Part shown: piece by piece, positions 9,326 to 18,891 of the stretch
Layout of the letters: the number at the start of each line of letters is the position of its first letter
How positions within the stretch are numbered: the first letter of the stretch is position 1
Source: Candidatus Aldehydirespirator sp.
GTDB taxonomy: Bacteria > Actinomycetota > Acidimicrobiia > Acidimicrobiales > Aldehydirespiratoraceae
Assembly (NCBI GenBank): GCA_965203575.1
Contig: OZ241894.1
Coordinates: 2,380,322 to 2,444,321 of the forward strand
DNA length: 64,000 bases
Direction: 5' to 3'
Notes under the pieces: model-generated
The model's input: only the letters and a program-made list of their open reading frames with translations
Databases searched by the model: none
Told to the model about the DNA's origin: nothing
Position numbers and translations under genes: made by a program

Positions 9326-10218
9326 CAGCGCTGGACCTTGTCCAACTTGGGAACGAAGGGTGTCCGCATCTGCGTCCAGAACCCGGTCGGATAGTCGCGG
9401 TTGATGAGCCCCAGATCGCCTACCTCCCGCTCGGGGGGCAGGAACCGCGTCCCGAACAGCACATCCCACACGATGAGGTTGTTCCCGTAGTTGCTGTTGG
9501 ATTCCGCGATCACTTCCGAGTGGTGCCAGCGGTGCAGCTCGGGGCCGCTGATGACGTAGTTGAGCGGACCCAGCCGCACGTCGCAGTTCGAGTGCTGGAA
9601 GAAGCCGTTCACTGCGTAGAACACGAAGTATGAGGCCAGCACCTCCCTCCCCACCCCCATCACGGCGAAGGGCAAGGTGTCGAGCGCGAGTTGCACCGCC
9701 TTCTCGAAGGGGTGGAAGCGGCCGACGTTGAGCCAGTACAGGCGGTGCGGCGAATGATGGACGGCGTGGTAGCTCCACATGAACTGGTAGCGGTGGAAGG
9801 CCCGGTGCAGCCAGTACCGGCCGAAGTCGGCGGCCAGCAGCATCATCGCCGCCTGCAGCACGACCGGGAGGCTGTGCGGCCAGATGGTGTCGACGGTCAG
9901 CCCGGCGGACCGGAGCCAGTCGGCGAGCCAGATGGTGACCGTGATCGACACCAGGTACGGCAGTGCCATCTGCACCGCCACCATGAACGCCAGGTCGGCG
10001 CCGACTTCGTTTCGATGGGGTTTCCACCACTGCCGGTAGGGGAGCGCGAGCTCGTGCCAGGTCACGAGGGCTGCGGCGACGACAGCCGCCGAGTAGGCGG
10101 CGGGCGTAACGTGCACGCCCGCCGCGGTCAGCAGGCCGAACACCGCCAAGGTGATCAGCACGACCGCCGGATATGAGATCGCGACGACTAGTTTCGCTGC
10201 TCTAGTCCTTTCGGACAC
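9325..10218 (-). CDS. fatty acid hydroxylase / sterol desaturase family membrane protein
   Basis: Histidine boxes HRAFH, HAVHHSPH and HRWHH, with several TM segments; GTG start. Confidence 0.8.
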   Translation of the reverse strand: MSERTRAAKLVVAISYPAVVLITLAVFGLLTAAGVHVTPAAYSAAVVAAALVTWHELALPYRQWWKPHRNEVGADLAFMVAVQMALPYLVSITVTIWLADWLRSAGLTVDTIWPHSLPVVLQAAMMLLAADFGRYWLHRAFHRYQFMWSYHAVHHSPHRLYWLNVGRFHPFEKAVQLALDTLPFAVMGVGREVLASYFVFYAVNGFFQHSNCDVRLGPLNYVISGPELHRWHHSEVIAESNSNYGNNLIVWDVLFGTRFLPPEREVGDLGLINRDYPTGFWTQMRTPFVPKLDKVQR

Positions 10219-10240
10219 AGTCGCATTCTGGCACGGTTGG

Positions 10241-10645
10241 TCAGAGGTCGTCCGGGGGAACGATCACCTCGCAGAGAGGGCCGGTGGCCCGGCTGAGCCG
10301 GCGGTCGAGGGTGACCAGCGGCCAGTCGAGCGCCTCGGCCAGGGCCACATACCAGGCATCGTAGGCGGTGAGGTTGAACCGGAGTTCCCACACGCGTCCG
10401 GCGAAGGGCCCGAACCGGTAGAGCCTCAGGTTCAACCGGAGCAGGTCGCGATGAGCGGCCGCGGCATCCAGGCGCGAGACCGACCCCGACAGCTCTACCC
10501 GGCGCAGGATGTTGGTGGCTTCTGCTAGGGCCAGTTCGGGCGCGGCCAGAGGAGTCTGTGAGATTGACGCGCGTGCCCAGGATCCCTCACGTTGAGAATC
10601 GACACGCGCCGCGACGAGCACCGACGCGTCGACGACCGCACTCAC
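10241..10645 (-). CDS. vapC: PIN-domain toxin VapC
   Basis: VVDASVLV (N-terminal Asp), ...LAEATN..., TAYDAWYVALAE and LVTLDRRL acidic residues; 4-nt overlap with the upstream antitoxin. Confidence 0.85.
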   Translation of the reverse strand: MSAVVDASVLVAARVDSQREGSWARASISQTPLAAPELALAEATNILRRVELSGSVSRLDAAAAHRDLLRLNLRLYRFGPFAGRVWELRFNLTAYDAWYVALAEALDWPLVTLDRRLSRATGPLCEVIVPPDDL

Positions 10646-10878
10646 TTACGGTCGGCGTCGCGTGCGGCGAGGATCTCCTCAGCAGTGACGACTGTGCCCG
10701 ACGCTTCAACCCGCTGCCTCACCTCGCGCAGCCACGTCTCGACCGAAGGCAGGCCCGCGAGCCGCTCCAATTCCTCCCGCAGGAACTCCTGCATGGACTG
10801 GCGCTTGAGCGCAGCCCGGGACGCCAGTTCGTCGCGCACCTCCTCGGGAACGTTCCGGATGGTGATCTGCACACCCAT
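10642..10878 (-). CDS. vapB: ribbon-helix-helix antitoxin VapB (FitA/Arc-like)
   Basis: MGVQITIRNVPEEVRDELASRAALKRQSMQEFLREEL is a typical RHH antitoxin N-terminus; coupled to the PIN gene. Confidence 0.8.
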   Translation of the reverse strand: MGVQITIRNVPEEVRDELASRAALKRQSMQEFLREELERLAGLPSVETWLREVRQRVEASGTVVTAEEILAARDADRK

Positions 10879-10932
10879 GACTGCATTATGACAGCATCAG
10901 CAGCGTTTCGCAAGCAGATATTTCAGATTATG

Positions 10933-11976
10933 TCATGTGACGATGGTGACCTCGGTGGCCTTGAGCGAGGCCCAGATCGTGAGGCCCGGCCGCAGGTCGA
11001 GCTCATCGGCGGAATGCTTGGTGACGTCGGCCTTCACCGCGACCGGTCCGCTCAGGTGCACCCGGGCCCGCTCCCCGTCTATGTCGACCCTGCGCAGCTC
11101 GGCCTGCCAGGCGTTGCGGGCGCTGCCCGCGGGCCGGTCGCGGTGAAGGGTGACCGCATGGGCGGGGAAGGTGACGTAGACGGGTCCGGCTGCTTCCTCG
11201 GCCACGGCGAGCACCAGGCCGCCCTCGGTCGTCACCGACGTGCCGTGCGCCCGGCCCGGGACCACATTGGCGCCCAGGAAGGTGGCTGCCCACTCGCAGC
11301 CCGGTGAGGCCGTCACCTCCGCCGCGGAGCCCCGGCCGGCGACGGCACCGGCGTCGAGCACCACCACCCTCTGGGCCAGCGTGGCCACGTCCACCGGGTC
11401 GTGGGTGATGAGGATCACATGACGGGCCGGCGAGTCGCCGAGCAGGGAGCGCAACTGGGCGCGGCCCGACGAGTCCACCGAGGCCAGCGGCTCGTCCACG
11501 ATCAGCACCTCGGGCTCGGGCGCCAGGGCCCGGGCGATGGCCACTCGCTGGCGCTGCCCGCCCGACAGCGCGGCCGGTCGCCTCGGCCACGCCGCGGAGT
11601 CCACGCCGACCCGCTCCAGCAGGGTCCCAGCCTGCCGGCGGGCGCCGGCCCGGTCCGCTCCCGCCCGGCGCAGCCCGAACGCCACGTTGTCGATCACCCT
11701 GAGATGGCCGAAGAGCCGAAGGTCTTGGAACACCATGGCCACCCGGCGCCGGTGAGCCGGAACGAACACGCCGGCCGCCGGGTCGTCGGCCACGGACCCG
11801 GCGATCACCAGGCGACCATCGGCCAGGCGGTCGAGCCCGGCCACGGCCCGGCCCAGCGTCGTCTTGCCCGTGCCGTTGGCCCCGATCACTGCGGTGACCC
11901 CCTCGTCGATGTCGAGCCCGTCCACCTTCAGCGCCCAGCCTGAACGGGCTACCCGGCCGTCGAACGAGACCGTCAT
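10933..11976 (-). CDS. modC: molybdate ABC transporter ATP-binding protein
   Basis: Walker A GANGTGKTT, LSGGQRQRVAIARAL signature, Walker B LIVDEP, and a C-terminal TOBE-like domain. Sits in a modA-modB-modC order. Confidence 0.85.
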   Translation of the reverse strand: MTVSFDGRVARSGWALKVDGLDIDEGVTAVIGANGTGKTTLGRAVAGLDRLADGRLVIAGSVADDPAAGVFVPAHRRRVAMVFQDLRLFGHLRVIDNVAFGLRRAGADRAGARRQAGTLLERVGVDSAAWPRRPAALSGGQRQRVAIARALAPEPEVLIVDEPLASVDSSGRAQLRSLLGDSPARHVILITHDPVDVATLAQRVVVLDAGAVAGRGSAAEVTASPGCEWAATFLGANVVPGRAHGTSVTTEGGLVLAVAEEAAGPVYVTFPAHAVTLHRDRPAGSARNAWQAELRRVDIDGERARVHLSGPVAVKADVTKHSADELDLRPGLTIWASLKATEVTIVT

Positions 11977-12067
11977 CTCGGCTCCTCCACCAGAATTGGC
12001 AGCTGGAAGGGCCGCTTTGGGAGTCGTGGGCTGCCAGTTCGGGCCAGCACGGTGGGCGTGGAGACCG

Positions 12068-12895
12068 TCATCTCGGCATCCACCGGTCGCGCAGGGTGAC
12101 CAGCACGGCCAGCGCCACCGCCATCAGGACCAGGCTGATGGCCACCGCCGCCTCCGGATTGCGCTCCAGGGCCAGGTAGGTCTCCAGCGGCAGCGTGCGG
12201 GTCCGGCCGGGGAAGCTGCCCGCGAACGTGAGCGTCGCCCCGAACTCGCCCAGAGCCCTCGCCCACGCCAGGGCGGTGCCGGCCGCCAGCGCGGGACGGA
12301 TCGTGGGCAGCGTGACATGGGCCAGGGTGGCCCAGGCTCCCGCGCCGAGGGTGGCCGCGGCCTCGTCGAGCTCGTCGCCGGCTTGGCGCAGGGCGGCCTC
12401 GACGGTCACCACGAAGAAGGGGAGGGCCACGAAGGCGGCCGCCACCACGGACCCGGCCGTCGTGAACGGCAGGCTCACCCCGAACCATGAGTCGAGCCAC
12501 TGGCCCACCAGGCCCCGGCGGCCCAGCGCGAACAGCAGGGCGGTGCCGGCCACCACGGGCGGCAGCACCATGGGCAGCATCACCACGGCCCTGACGATCC
12601 GGGGGAACCGCAGTCGCCGGCGGGCCAGCACGAAGGCCAGGGGCAGGCCCAGCACTATGCAGGCTGCGGTGGCGGCCAGGCTGACGATCAACGAGACACG
12701 CAGGGCCTCCAGCACCTCGGACTCGCCCAGGATCGACGGAAGCGACGGCCATGGAGCCCGCTGCAGCAGCCCCACGATGGGCAGCAGCAGCAGGCCGAGG
12801 GCCACGAACCCCACCCAGGCCAGCGGAGCGGGCAACCGGCTGGCGGGCTGCGGCTCGGTGCCCGGATCGGCCCGGACGCGGGTCGGGGAGCTCAC
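12068..12895 (-). CDS. modB: molybdate ABC transporter permease
   Basis: Multi-TM protein; EAA-loop region ...ALGEFGATLTFAGSFPGRTRTLPLETYLALE is typical of ModB/CysTW-type permeases; 4-nt overlap with modA. Confidence 0.85.
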   Translation of the reverse strand: MSSPTRVRADPGTEPQPASRLPAPLAWVGFVALGLLLLPIVGLLQRAPWPSLPSILGESEVLEALRVSLIVSLAATAACIVLGLPLAFVLARRRLRFPRIVRAVVMLPMVLPPVVAGTALLFALGRRGLVGQWLDSWFGVSLPFTTAGSVVAAAFVALPFFVVTVEAALRQAGDELDEAAATLGAGAWATLAHVTLPTIRPALAAGTALAWARALGEFGATLTFAGSFPGRTRTLPLETYLALERNPEAAVAISLVLMAVALAVLVTLRDRWMPR

Positions 12896-13677
12896 GGCCG
12901 TCCGAACCCGTACGCGTGCAGCGCCTCGGCGCCGGTGCCGCCGGGGCCGGTGAAGTCGTCGATGACCGCCTGCACCTCAGACGCGGGCTCGGCGGACACC
13001 GCGGCGATGTAGTAGCCGTTGCGGTGATCGTTCAGTTCGGGGGCGTCGACCGTGGCCAGTCCCGCCCTTCTCGCGTCGGTGGCGTACACCAGTCCGGCAT
13101 CGAGCTCACCGAGCGAGATCTTGGTGGCCAGGGCCCGCACGTTGGGCTCCAGCGTGTCGGCGGACGGTGTGACGCTTGCCTCGCTGAGTGCCTGCTGAGC
13201 CAGCGTTCCGCAGGGCACCTCCGTCGCGCACAGACCGACCAGGAGGCTTCTCCGGGACAGGTCGGCCAGTCCGGTGACGTCCCCCGGATTGTCGGCCGGA
13301 GTCGCGAGGACGAGGGTGTTCACGGCGATCAGGACGGGCTCGCCCCGCACCGAGCCTTCGGCGACGGCCCGGTCCATGGTGGCCGCATTGGCGGTGATCA
13401 GAACGTCGGCCTCGGCGCCGGCCGCGAGCTGGGCGACCAGCGTCGAGCTCGCCGCGACTACCGGAGTGACGCTCTCACGGTCCTCGAACACGGTCTCCAG
13501 CACATCAGTTAGCGAGGAGGCGGCCATCACCACCACGTCACCATCTCCGGTTCCACTGTCCCCGGCGCTGCTGCAGCCCGCGGCCCCAAGCGTCGCCACC
13601 ACCATCAGGACCGTCGCCGTCAACCACGACACGGTCCACGGTGGGCGCCGGTGGCCGTTGGTGCTGCCCGCCGCCAT
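12892..13677 (-). CDS. modA: molybdate-binding periplasmic protein (lipoprotein)
   Basis: Signal peptide plus lipobox (LGAAGC), ...VVVMAASSLTDVLE... ModA-type fold; first gene of the mod operon. Confidence 0.8.
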   Translation of the reverse strand: MAAGSTNGHRRPPWTVSWLTATVLMVVATLGAAGCSSAGDSGTGDGDVVVMAASSLTDVLETVFEDRESVTPVVAASSTLVAQLAAGAEADVLITANAATMDRAVAEGSVRGEPVLIAVNTLVLATPADNPGDVTGLADLSRRSLLVGLCATEVPCGTLAQQALSEASVTPSADTLEPNVRALATKISLGELDAGLVYATDARRAGLATVDAPELNDHRNGYYIAAVSAEPASEVQAVIDDFTGPGGTGAEALHAYGFGRP

Positions 13678-13750
13678 AGACGGCCGAATCTACCTAGGCC
13701 GTGATTGGGCACTGTGCCCTAGGGGCGGCCCGCCGCGCGGCCTCTAGGGT

Positions 13751-14866
13751 GTGGCGATGCTCATCTTCGCTCAAACATCCACCAGTCAGGGACTCGCCGA
13801 CGCCTGCGGCACGTCGAACCGCGGCTTCGTTTGCGAGCGGGTCTACGAGTGGACCGAGAACGGCGGGTTGGCCACCGCAGCCGACTGGCTGCTCGACCGG
13901 CCCATCCGCATCGCGCTCATCCTGCTGGTGGCCTGGTTCATCGCCCGCATCGCCAAGCGGGCCATCGTGCGCTTCACCAAGCGGATCGCGGCCACGCCGA
14001 GCAGCTCGCGGCTGCAGAAGCTGCGGGAGAAGGGCCCCGGTCGGGCCCTGATCGACGAGGCGGAGCGGTCCAGGGCCGAGGCCCGGGCCGAGACGCTGGG
14101 CCATGTGCTGCGCAGCGTCGTCGTGGCTCTGGTCTGGGGCTTCACCGCGCTGATCATCCTGGGCGAGATCGGCGTGAACCTGGGACCGCTGATCGCGGGC
14201 GCGGGCATCGGCGGCGTGGCCTTGGGCTTCGGCGCCCAGTCGATCGTCAAGGACTTCCTGTCGGGCCTGTTCATGCTGATCGAGGACCACTACGGGGTGG
14301 GCGACTTCGTCGACCTCGGCTACGCCTCGGGCACGGTTGAGGAGGTGTCGCTGCGGTCCACCACCATCCGGGACCTCAGGGGCACGGTGTGGCACGTCCC
14401 CAACGGCGAGATCGCCCGGGTGGGCAACTACTCGCAGCTCTGGTCCAAGGCCGTGGTCGACATCGAGGTGGCCTACGACACCGACGTCCGTGTCGCCATG
14501 GGGATCATGCAGCAGGTGGCCAACGAGCTCTGGGACGATCCGGAGTGGGGTGGCGACGAGCTCTCCGAGGCGCCGACGGTCTTCGGCATCCAGAGCCTGG
14601 GCGCGTCGGGTGTCGGCCTCAGGTTGGCGGTCAAGACCGAGCCCTCGATGCAGTGGTCGGTGGAGCGCGAGATCCGCCTGCGCCTCAAGGAGGCCTTCGA
14701 CGCGGCCGGCATCGAGATCCCGTTCCCGCAGCAGACCACCTGGTTGCGCGACGACAGCGACCATGCAGCCACCGTCCTGTCCGAGGCCGAGCAGGCCGCC
14801 TTCCGGGCGCTCCACGAGGAGCAGCACGCTCCGAGACCGGAAGAAGAGTTCGAAGAGGACCGGTAG
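13751..14866 (+). CDS. MscS-family mechanosensitive channel
   Basis: LGPLIAGAGIGGVALGFGAQSIVKDFLSGLFMLIEDHYGVGDFVDL matches the conserved MscS TM3/beta-domain junction. Start could be GTG 13751 or ATG 13757. Confidence 0.85.
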   Translation: MAMLIFAQTSTSQGLADACGTSNRGFVCERVYEWTENGGLATAADWLLDRPIRIALILLVAWFIARIAKRAIVRFTKRIAATPSSSRLQKLREKGPGRALIDEAERSRAEARAETLGHVLRSVVVALVWGFTALIILGEIGVNLGPLIAGAGIGGVALGFGAQSIVKDFLSGLFMLIEDHYGVGDFVDLGYASGTVEEVSLRSTTIRDLRGTVWHVPNGEIARVGNYSQLWSKAVVDIEVAYDTDVRVAMGIMQQVANELWDDPEWGGDELSEAPTVFGIQSLGASGVGLRLAVKTEPSMQWSVEREIRLRLKEAFDAAGIEIPFPQQTTWLRDDSDHAATVLSEAEQAAFRALHEEQHAPRPEEEFEEDR

Positions 14867-14952
14867 AGGCCGAGCGAACAGGCGAGCGAGTCTGCCCATA
14901 CGGGTGAGGCCGTGGCCCGAGCGGCCCGTGAGCGAAGCGAACAAGAGCGGGA
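14866..14952 (+). repeat. intergenic repeat element, copy 1 of 3
   Basis: gaggccgagcgaaca + 16 nt variable + catacgggtgaggccgtggcccgagcggcccgtgagcgaagcgaacaagagcggga. Begins on the last base of the MscS stop codon (TAG). Confidence 0.85.
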
Positions 14953-15031
14953 TACAGGCCGAGCGGATCCGGTCGGGAACTTCTGGGAGCCGCTTGACAA
15001 GGGAAGTTTGTAAGGTAATGTTACTAACAAT

Positions 15032-16222
15032 ATGGGAGAGGGCTCTGGCTCGGGCGTTCTGAGGCTGCTCAACGGGCAGCGGATAGTCGACGCGCTGTTC
15101 TCGGCTCACCCGACCCGGATGTCGCGGGCCGGCATCGCCCGGGCCACCGGCCTGTCCAAGCCCACCGTGTCGGCGCTCATCGCCGACATGGAATCGGCGG
15201 GCCTGGTTCGGATCTCCGACGAGAGCCCCAGTTCGGGGTCGATCGGCCGCCCGGCCGCCCTGTACGAGCTGGTCCCCACGGTCCGCCACTCGGTAGTGGC
15301 CGACATCGGTGCGACGAAGATCCTCGTGGGCGTTGTCGACCTGTTCGGCAACCTGGTCGCCGAACAGGAACTCACCACCGGCCCCGATGCCCGCGCCGCA
15401 TTGGAGAGTGTCACCACAGCCGCGTCGGAGATGTTGCGCGGCATCGACGGCGGATGCCACGCGATGTGCGTCGGTGTTCCCGGGATCTACCGGCCCGGCC
15501 GCGATCGCGTCGAACAGGCCCTCAACCTCCCCGGCTTCGACAACCTGGCCCTGGGCGCCTACCTCTCCGAGAGGTTCGACGCCCGCGTCCATGTCGAGAA
15601 CGACGTCAACCTGGCCGCCCTCGGCGAGTTGACCCGGATGGGCGAAGAGCAGGCCGACGGGGACTTCGCGGCCATCTCCGTGGGCACGGGCATCGGCCTG
15701 GGAATGGTGGTCGGCGGCGACCTCTACCGGGGCGGCACCGGATCGGCGGGCGAGCTGGGATCCCTGTTGCTGTCGCCGCCCAAGCCGGGCGAGGCGCCCG
15801 TGACCCTCGAGGATGTGGCCTCCGCGCCGTCCATCCGAAAGCGGTTCGGTCGGGCTATCGAGGACGGCCACGGCTCGGGACTCGACGCCAGCGCCGACGT
15901 TCCCGACATATTCACGGCCGCGGCCACCGGTGACGCCGCCGCGTCGGCTGTGCTGGACGAGGTGGCGGCGGCCATGGCTCTGGCCGTGTCGCACCTGTGC
16001 CTGATCGCCGACCCGACCCGGGTCGTGTTCGGCGGTGGAGTCGGAGCCAACCCCGTGTTCGTGGATGCCGTTCGGGTCCACCTGTCCCGTCTTGTGGCCG
16101 CACCGCCGGAGCTCGCGGCGTCGACATTGGGGCGGCAGGCGGCCCTGGTGGGAGCGGTGTCCATGTCGTTGCGCTTCATCCACGAGTCCCTGGTGCCCGA
16201 GATCCTGGGGGACCAGCAGTGA
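15032..16222 (+). CDS. ROK-family transcriptional regulator
   Basis: N-terminal winged HTH (MSRAGIARATGLSKPTVSALIADMESAGLV) followed by a ROK sugar-kinase-like domain. Confidence 0.8.
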   Translation: MGEGSGSGVLRLLNGQRIVDALFSAHPTRMSRAGIARATGLSKPTVSALIADMESAGLVRISDESPSSGSIGRPAALYELVPTVRHSVVADIGATKILVGVVDLFGNLVAEQELTTGPDARAALESVTTAASEMLRGIDGGCHAMCVGVPGIYRPGRDRVEQALNLPGFDNLALGAYLSERFDARVHVENDVNLAALGELTRMGEEQADGDFAAISVGTGIGLGMVVGGDLYRGGTGSAGELGSLLLSPPKPGEAPVTLEDVASAPSIRKRFGRAIEDGHGSGLDASADVPDIFTAAATGDAAASAVLDEVAAAMALAVSHLCLIADPTRVVFGGGVGANPVFVDAVRVHLSRLVAAPPELAASTLGRQAALVGAVSMSLRFIHESLVPEILGDQQ

Positions 16223-17469
16223 CGAGCGCGGCCACACGGGTCGCGTCGGCGGTCGATGGCGAGGCGGTCACCGAGCTCGTCCGCGAGGCCACCCGCATTC
16301 CGAGCATCACCCCGAACGAGGAGGAGTTCGCGCGCTGGGCTTGCCGCCAGATGGCCGAGTCGGATGCCTTCGACTCGGCCGAGCTCTTCGAGTGCGAGCC
16401 GGGCCGGCCCAATGTCTGGGGAACGGCCGGGGACGGCGCAGGAAGGTCGCTGCTGCTGGCCGGACACCTCGACACGGTGGCCGTCGAAGACTGGTCCCAT
16501 CACTGGGCGGGAACCGACCGGGAGGATCCCTTCGGCGCCCACGTGATCGACGGCGAGCTATGGGGCCGGGGAGTCGCCGACCAGAAGGCCGGCATCTGCG
16601 CCATCATCGAGGCGGTCCGGGCCTTCGGCCGGGTGGGCCTCCGGCCCGCCGGAAGGGTGTCGACCCTGTTCGTGTGCGACGAGGAGTCGGGCCAGCCCGG
16701 CAGCGGTGTATCGGCCGGGATCCGGGCGTCGGTAGAGGGCCGGGCCGGACCGCGGCCCGATGCGGACTTCGCGATCTACACCGAGCCGACCACCTCCGCC
16801 ATCTACACCGCCCAGATGGGCTTCCTCATCGCCGACATCTCCTATACGGGGGTCTCCGCCTACTTCGGCCGGCCCGAACTCGGCGTCGACGCCCTGCGAG
16901 CCGGGCACCGCCTGCTCGACCGCCTGTGGGAGCACTCCGACCGGCTGCGGGAGTCGGTGCCCGCCCACGAGCTGCTGGGCGAGGCCTTCCTACTGGTCAC
17001 GTCGGTCGAGTCGGGAGGCAACATCGCGGTGCCGGGCCGCTTCGAGCTGTCGCTGATCCGCAAGATCCTGCCGGGCGAGAGCCTCGACGCCGCGGCCACC
17101 AGCATCCAGTCCATTGCCGCTGACGTTGCCGGCGAGCACGGCGTCGAGTGCAGCGTCGAGTTCAGCGCGCCCCGCGACCACCGGTTCGGGGGCACACCCG
17201 ACGAGGTAGCCGCCGACCAGCCGGGGGTGGCCGCGCTGGCGCGGTCGATCGAGGCGGTGACCGGCGAACCGGCCCGCATCGAGGGAGCGCCGTACTGGTC
17301 GGAGAAACCGTTCCTGCGGGACTTGAAGATCCCCGGCGTGTACTTCGCACCGGGCGACATCTCCAACTGCCACACCCCGTTCGAGCGCCTCGCCATCGAC
17401 GAGCTGGTGGCGGCCACCCGCACGCTCGCTCATTTCATCGCCCAGTGGTGCGGCGCTCACGATCCATAA
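16219..17469 (+). CDS. M20-family metallopeptidase / deacylase (ArgE/DapE-like)
   Basis: GHLDTV and GRGVADQKAG motifs. Start set at GTG 16219 (GTGA overlap with the ROK stop); the longer track ORF upstream overlaps the ROK gene. Confidence 0.8.
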   Translation: MTSAATRVASAVDGEAVTELVREATRIPSITPNEEEFARWACRQMAESDAFDSAELFECEPGRPNVWGTAGDGAGRSLLLAGHLDTVAVEDWSHHWAGTDREDPFGAHVIDGELWGRGVADQKAGICAIIEAVRAFGRVGLRPAGRVSTLFVCDEESGQPGSGVSAGIRASVEGRAGPRPDADFAIYTEPTTSAIYTAQMGFLIADISYTGVSAYFGRPELGVDALRAGHRLLDRLWEHSDRLRESVPAHELLGEAFLLVTSVESGGNIAVPGRFELSLIRKILPGESLDAAATSIQSIAADVAGEHGVECSVEFSAPRDHRFGGTPDEVAADQPGVAALARSIEAVTGEPARIEGAPYWSEKPFLRDLKIPGVYFAPGDISNCHTPFERLAIDELVAATRTLAHFIAQWCGAHDP

Positions 17470-17516
17470 ACCGGACCCAAAGGGAGGGGCCATGACAACC
17501 AATAGGAAGAGGCCAA

Positions 17517-17604
17517 GAGGCCGAGCGGGCAGGCGCACGAATCCGGTCCATACGGGCGAGGCCGTGGCCCGAGCGGCCCGTGAGCGCAGCGAACAGGAGC
17601 GGGA
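17517..17604 (+). repeat. intergenic repeat element, copy 2 of 3
   Basis: gaggccgagcgggc... + catacgggcgaggccgtggcccgagcggcccgtgagcgcagcgaacaggagcggga. Starts 48 nt after the M20 stop and lies upstream of the likely true start of the SBP gene. Confidence 0.85.
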
Positions 17605-17620
17605 GACGCACCGCCGCGGC

Positions 17621-18811
17621 GTGACGGGCTTGCACCTGCCAACGCGCGGTCCCAAGTGGCTGCTGATCGTGTCGCTGCTCGCAGTGTTCGCGGTCTTGGC
17701 CGCGGCATGCGCCGACGATGCCGACGACGCGGCACCGCCGGCCACGACTGCGGCGCCCGAGGCAGCGCCAGAACCCACCGATGAGACACCGGCTGAGCCT
17801 GTGGCTGAGGCGCCGAGGACTCAGGGGCCTGGTGGTGAGGAGGCGGTTGCTTCCAGCGAGGTGACGTTGAGTGACGATGAGGTTGCTGAGGTGCAGGCGG
17901 GCGGTCACACGGCCGCGTTGTTGTGGCATACCGCGGGGGCGTTCACCGACGCGGTCAGCCAGGGCGCCCGTGACGCTTTCGCGGAGCTCGGGATCGAGGT
18001 CATTGCTGAGACCAACGCCCAGTTCGACGCGGCCCAGCAGGCCAACGATGTGGAGACGGTCATGGCGTTGAGCCCCGACATCATCATCAGTTTGGCCATC
18101 GGTCCCGACGCGGGCGCGGAGGCGTTCCGCCCGGCGGTTGACGCGGGCGTGCAGCTGGTGTTCTTGTCCAACGTTCCCCAGGGTTATGTCCACGGTGAGG
18201 ACTATGTGGGCATCGTCACCGACGACCTGGCCGCCATGGGCATCACCGCCGCGGACCTGCTGGCCGACGCTCTCGGAGGCGAGGGCGAGGTCGGCTACAT
18301 CTTCCATGACGCCGCCTATTACGTGACCAACCAGCGCGACCAGGCGTTCAAGGCTTGGATCGAGATCAACTATCCCGGCATCGCCATCGTCGCCGAGCAG
18401 GGTCTGGCCGACCCGGCCGCGGCGGAGGAGATCGCCACGGCCATGCTGACCCGCAACCCCGACCTCGACGGCATCTACGCCCCGTGGTCGGCGGGTCCCG
18501 CCGACGGGGTGCTGGCCGCCCTCCGGGCTGCGGGCGCCTCCGATGTGGCTCTGGTGACCATGGATCTCGACACCAACGTGTCGCTGGACCTGGTCGAGGG
18601 CGGCAACGTGGTGGGCATAGCCGCCGACGAGGCCTACAACCTCGGCCGCACCATGGCCATCGAGGGCGCCTACGGGATCCTCGGCAAGCCGGCCCCGGCG
18701 TTCGCGGTGGTGCCGGCCATCGGCGTGACCGCCGACAACATCGTCGAGGGCTACCGCCAATCACTGGCCGCCGACCCACCCCAAGAAGTCCTCGACGCCA
18801 TCGGCGGCTGA
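17621..18811 (+). CDS. sugar ABC transporter substrate-binding lipoprotein (RbsB/periplasmic-binding-protein type I)
   Basis: Signal peptide plus lipobox (LLAVFAVLAAAC) then a PBP type I fold. Start placed at GTG 17621, because the track's upstream 43 codons are the repeat element; start uncertain by a few codons. Confidence 0.75.
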   Translation: MTGLHLPTRGPKWLLIVSLLAVFAVLAAACADDADDAAPPATTAAPEAAPEPTDETPAEPVAEAPRTQGPGGEEAVASSEVTLSDDEVAEVQAGGHTAALLWHTAGAFTDAVSQGARDAFAELGIEVIAETNAQFDAAQQANDVETVMALSPDIIISLAIGPDAGAEAFRPAVDAGVQLVFLSNVPQGYVHGEDYVGIVTDDLAAMGITAADLLADALGGEGEVGYIFHDAAYYVTNQRDQAFKAWIEINYPGIAIVAEQGLADPAAAEEIATAMLTRNPDLDGIYAPWSAGPADGVLAALRAAGASDVALVTMDLDTNVSLDLVEGGNVVGIAADEAYNLGRTMAIEGAYGILGKPAPAFAVVPAIGVTADNIVEGYRQSLAADPPQEVLDAIGG

Positions 18812-18891
18812 GGCAGACTTGCCCCCCAAGCCCCGGCGGCAACCAGAATTGAGTTGTCGCCGGGGCTCCGGGCCCCCTCAGTGAGGAACGC

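Noticed and set aside
9326-10030. N-terminal 235 codons of the 806-aa track ORF 7610..10030
   Set aside because: Overlaps the histidine-box hydroxylase gene in another frame and is P/R/A-rich. The GH3 homology starts near MPVDAGY at 9325, which is translationally coupled to the upstream stop.
10879-10935. Direct repeat attatg(a/t)ca at 10885 and 10927 upstream of vapB
   Set aside because: Probably the vapBC promoter or operator, but only 9 nt with a mismatch. Not enough evidence to annotate coordinates as a regulatory site.
13694-18760. ORFs 13694..16237 (-, 847 aa) and 17435..18760 (-, 441 aa)
   Set aside because: Antisense to the MscS, ROK-regulator and sugar-binding-protein genes. No motifs, high Arg/Gly/His content. 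The peptide segment they share (…LLFA(S/A)LTGRSGHGL(T/A)RM…) is just the intergenic repeat read backwards.
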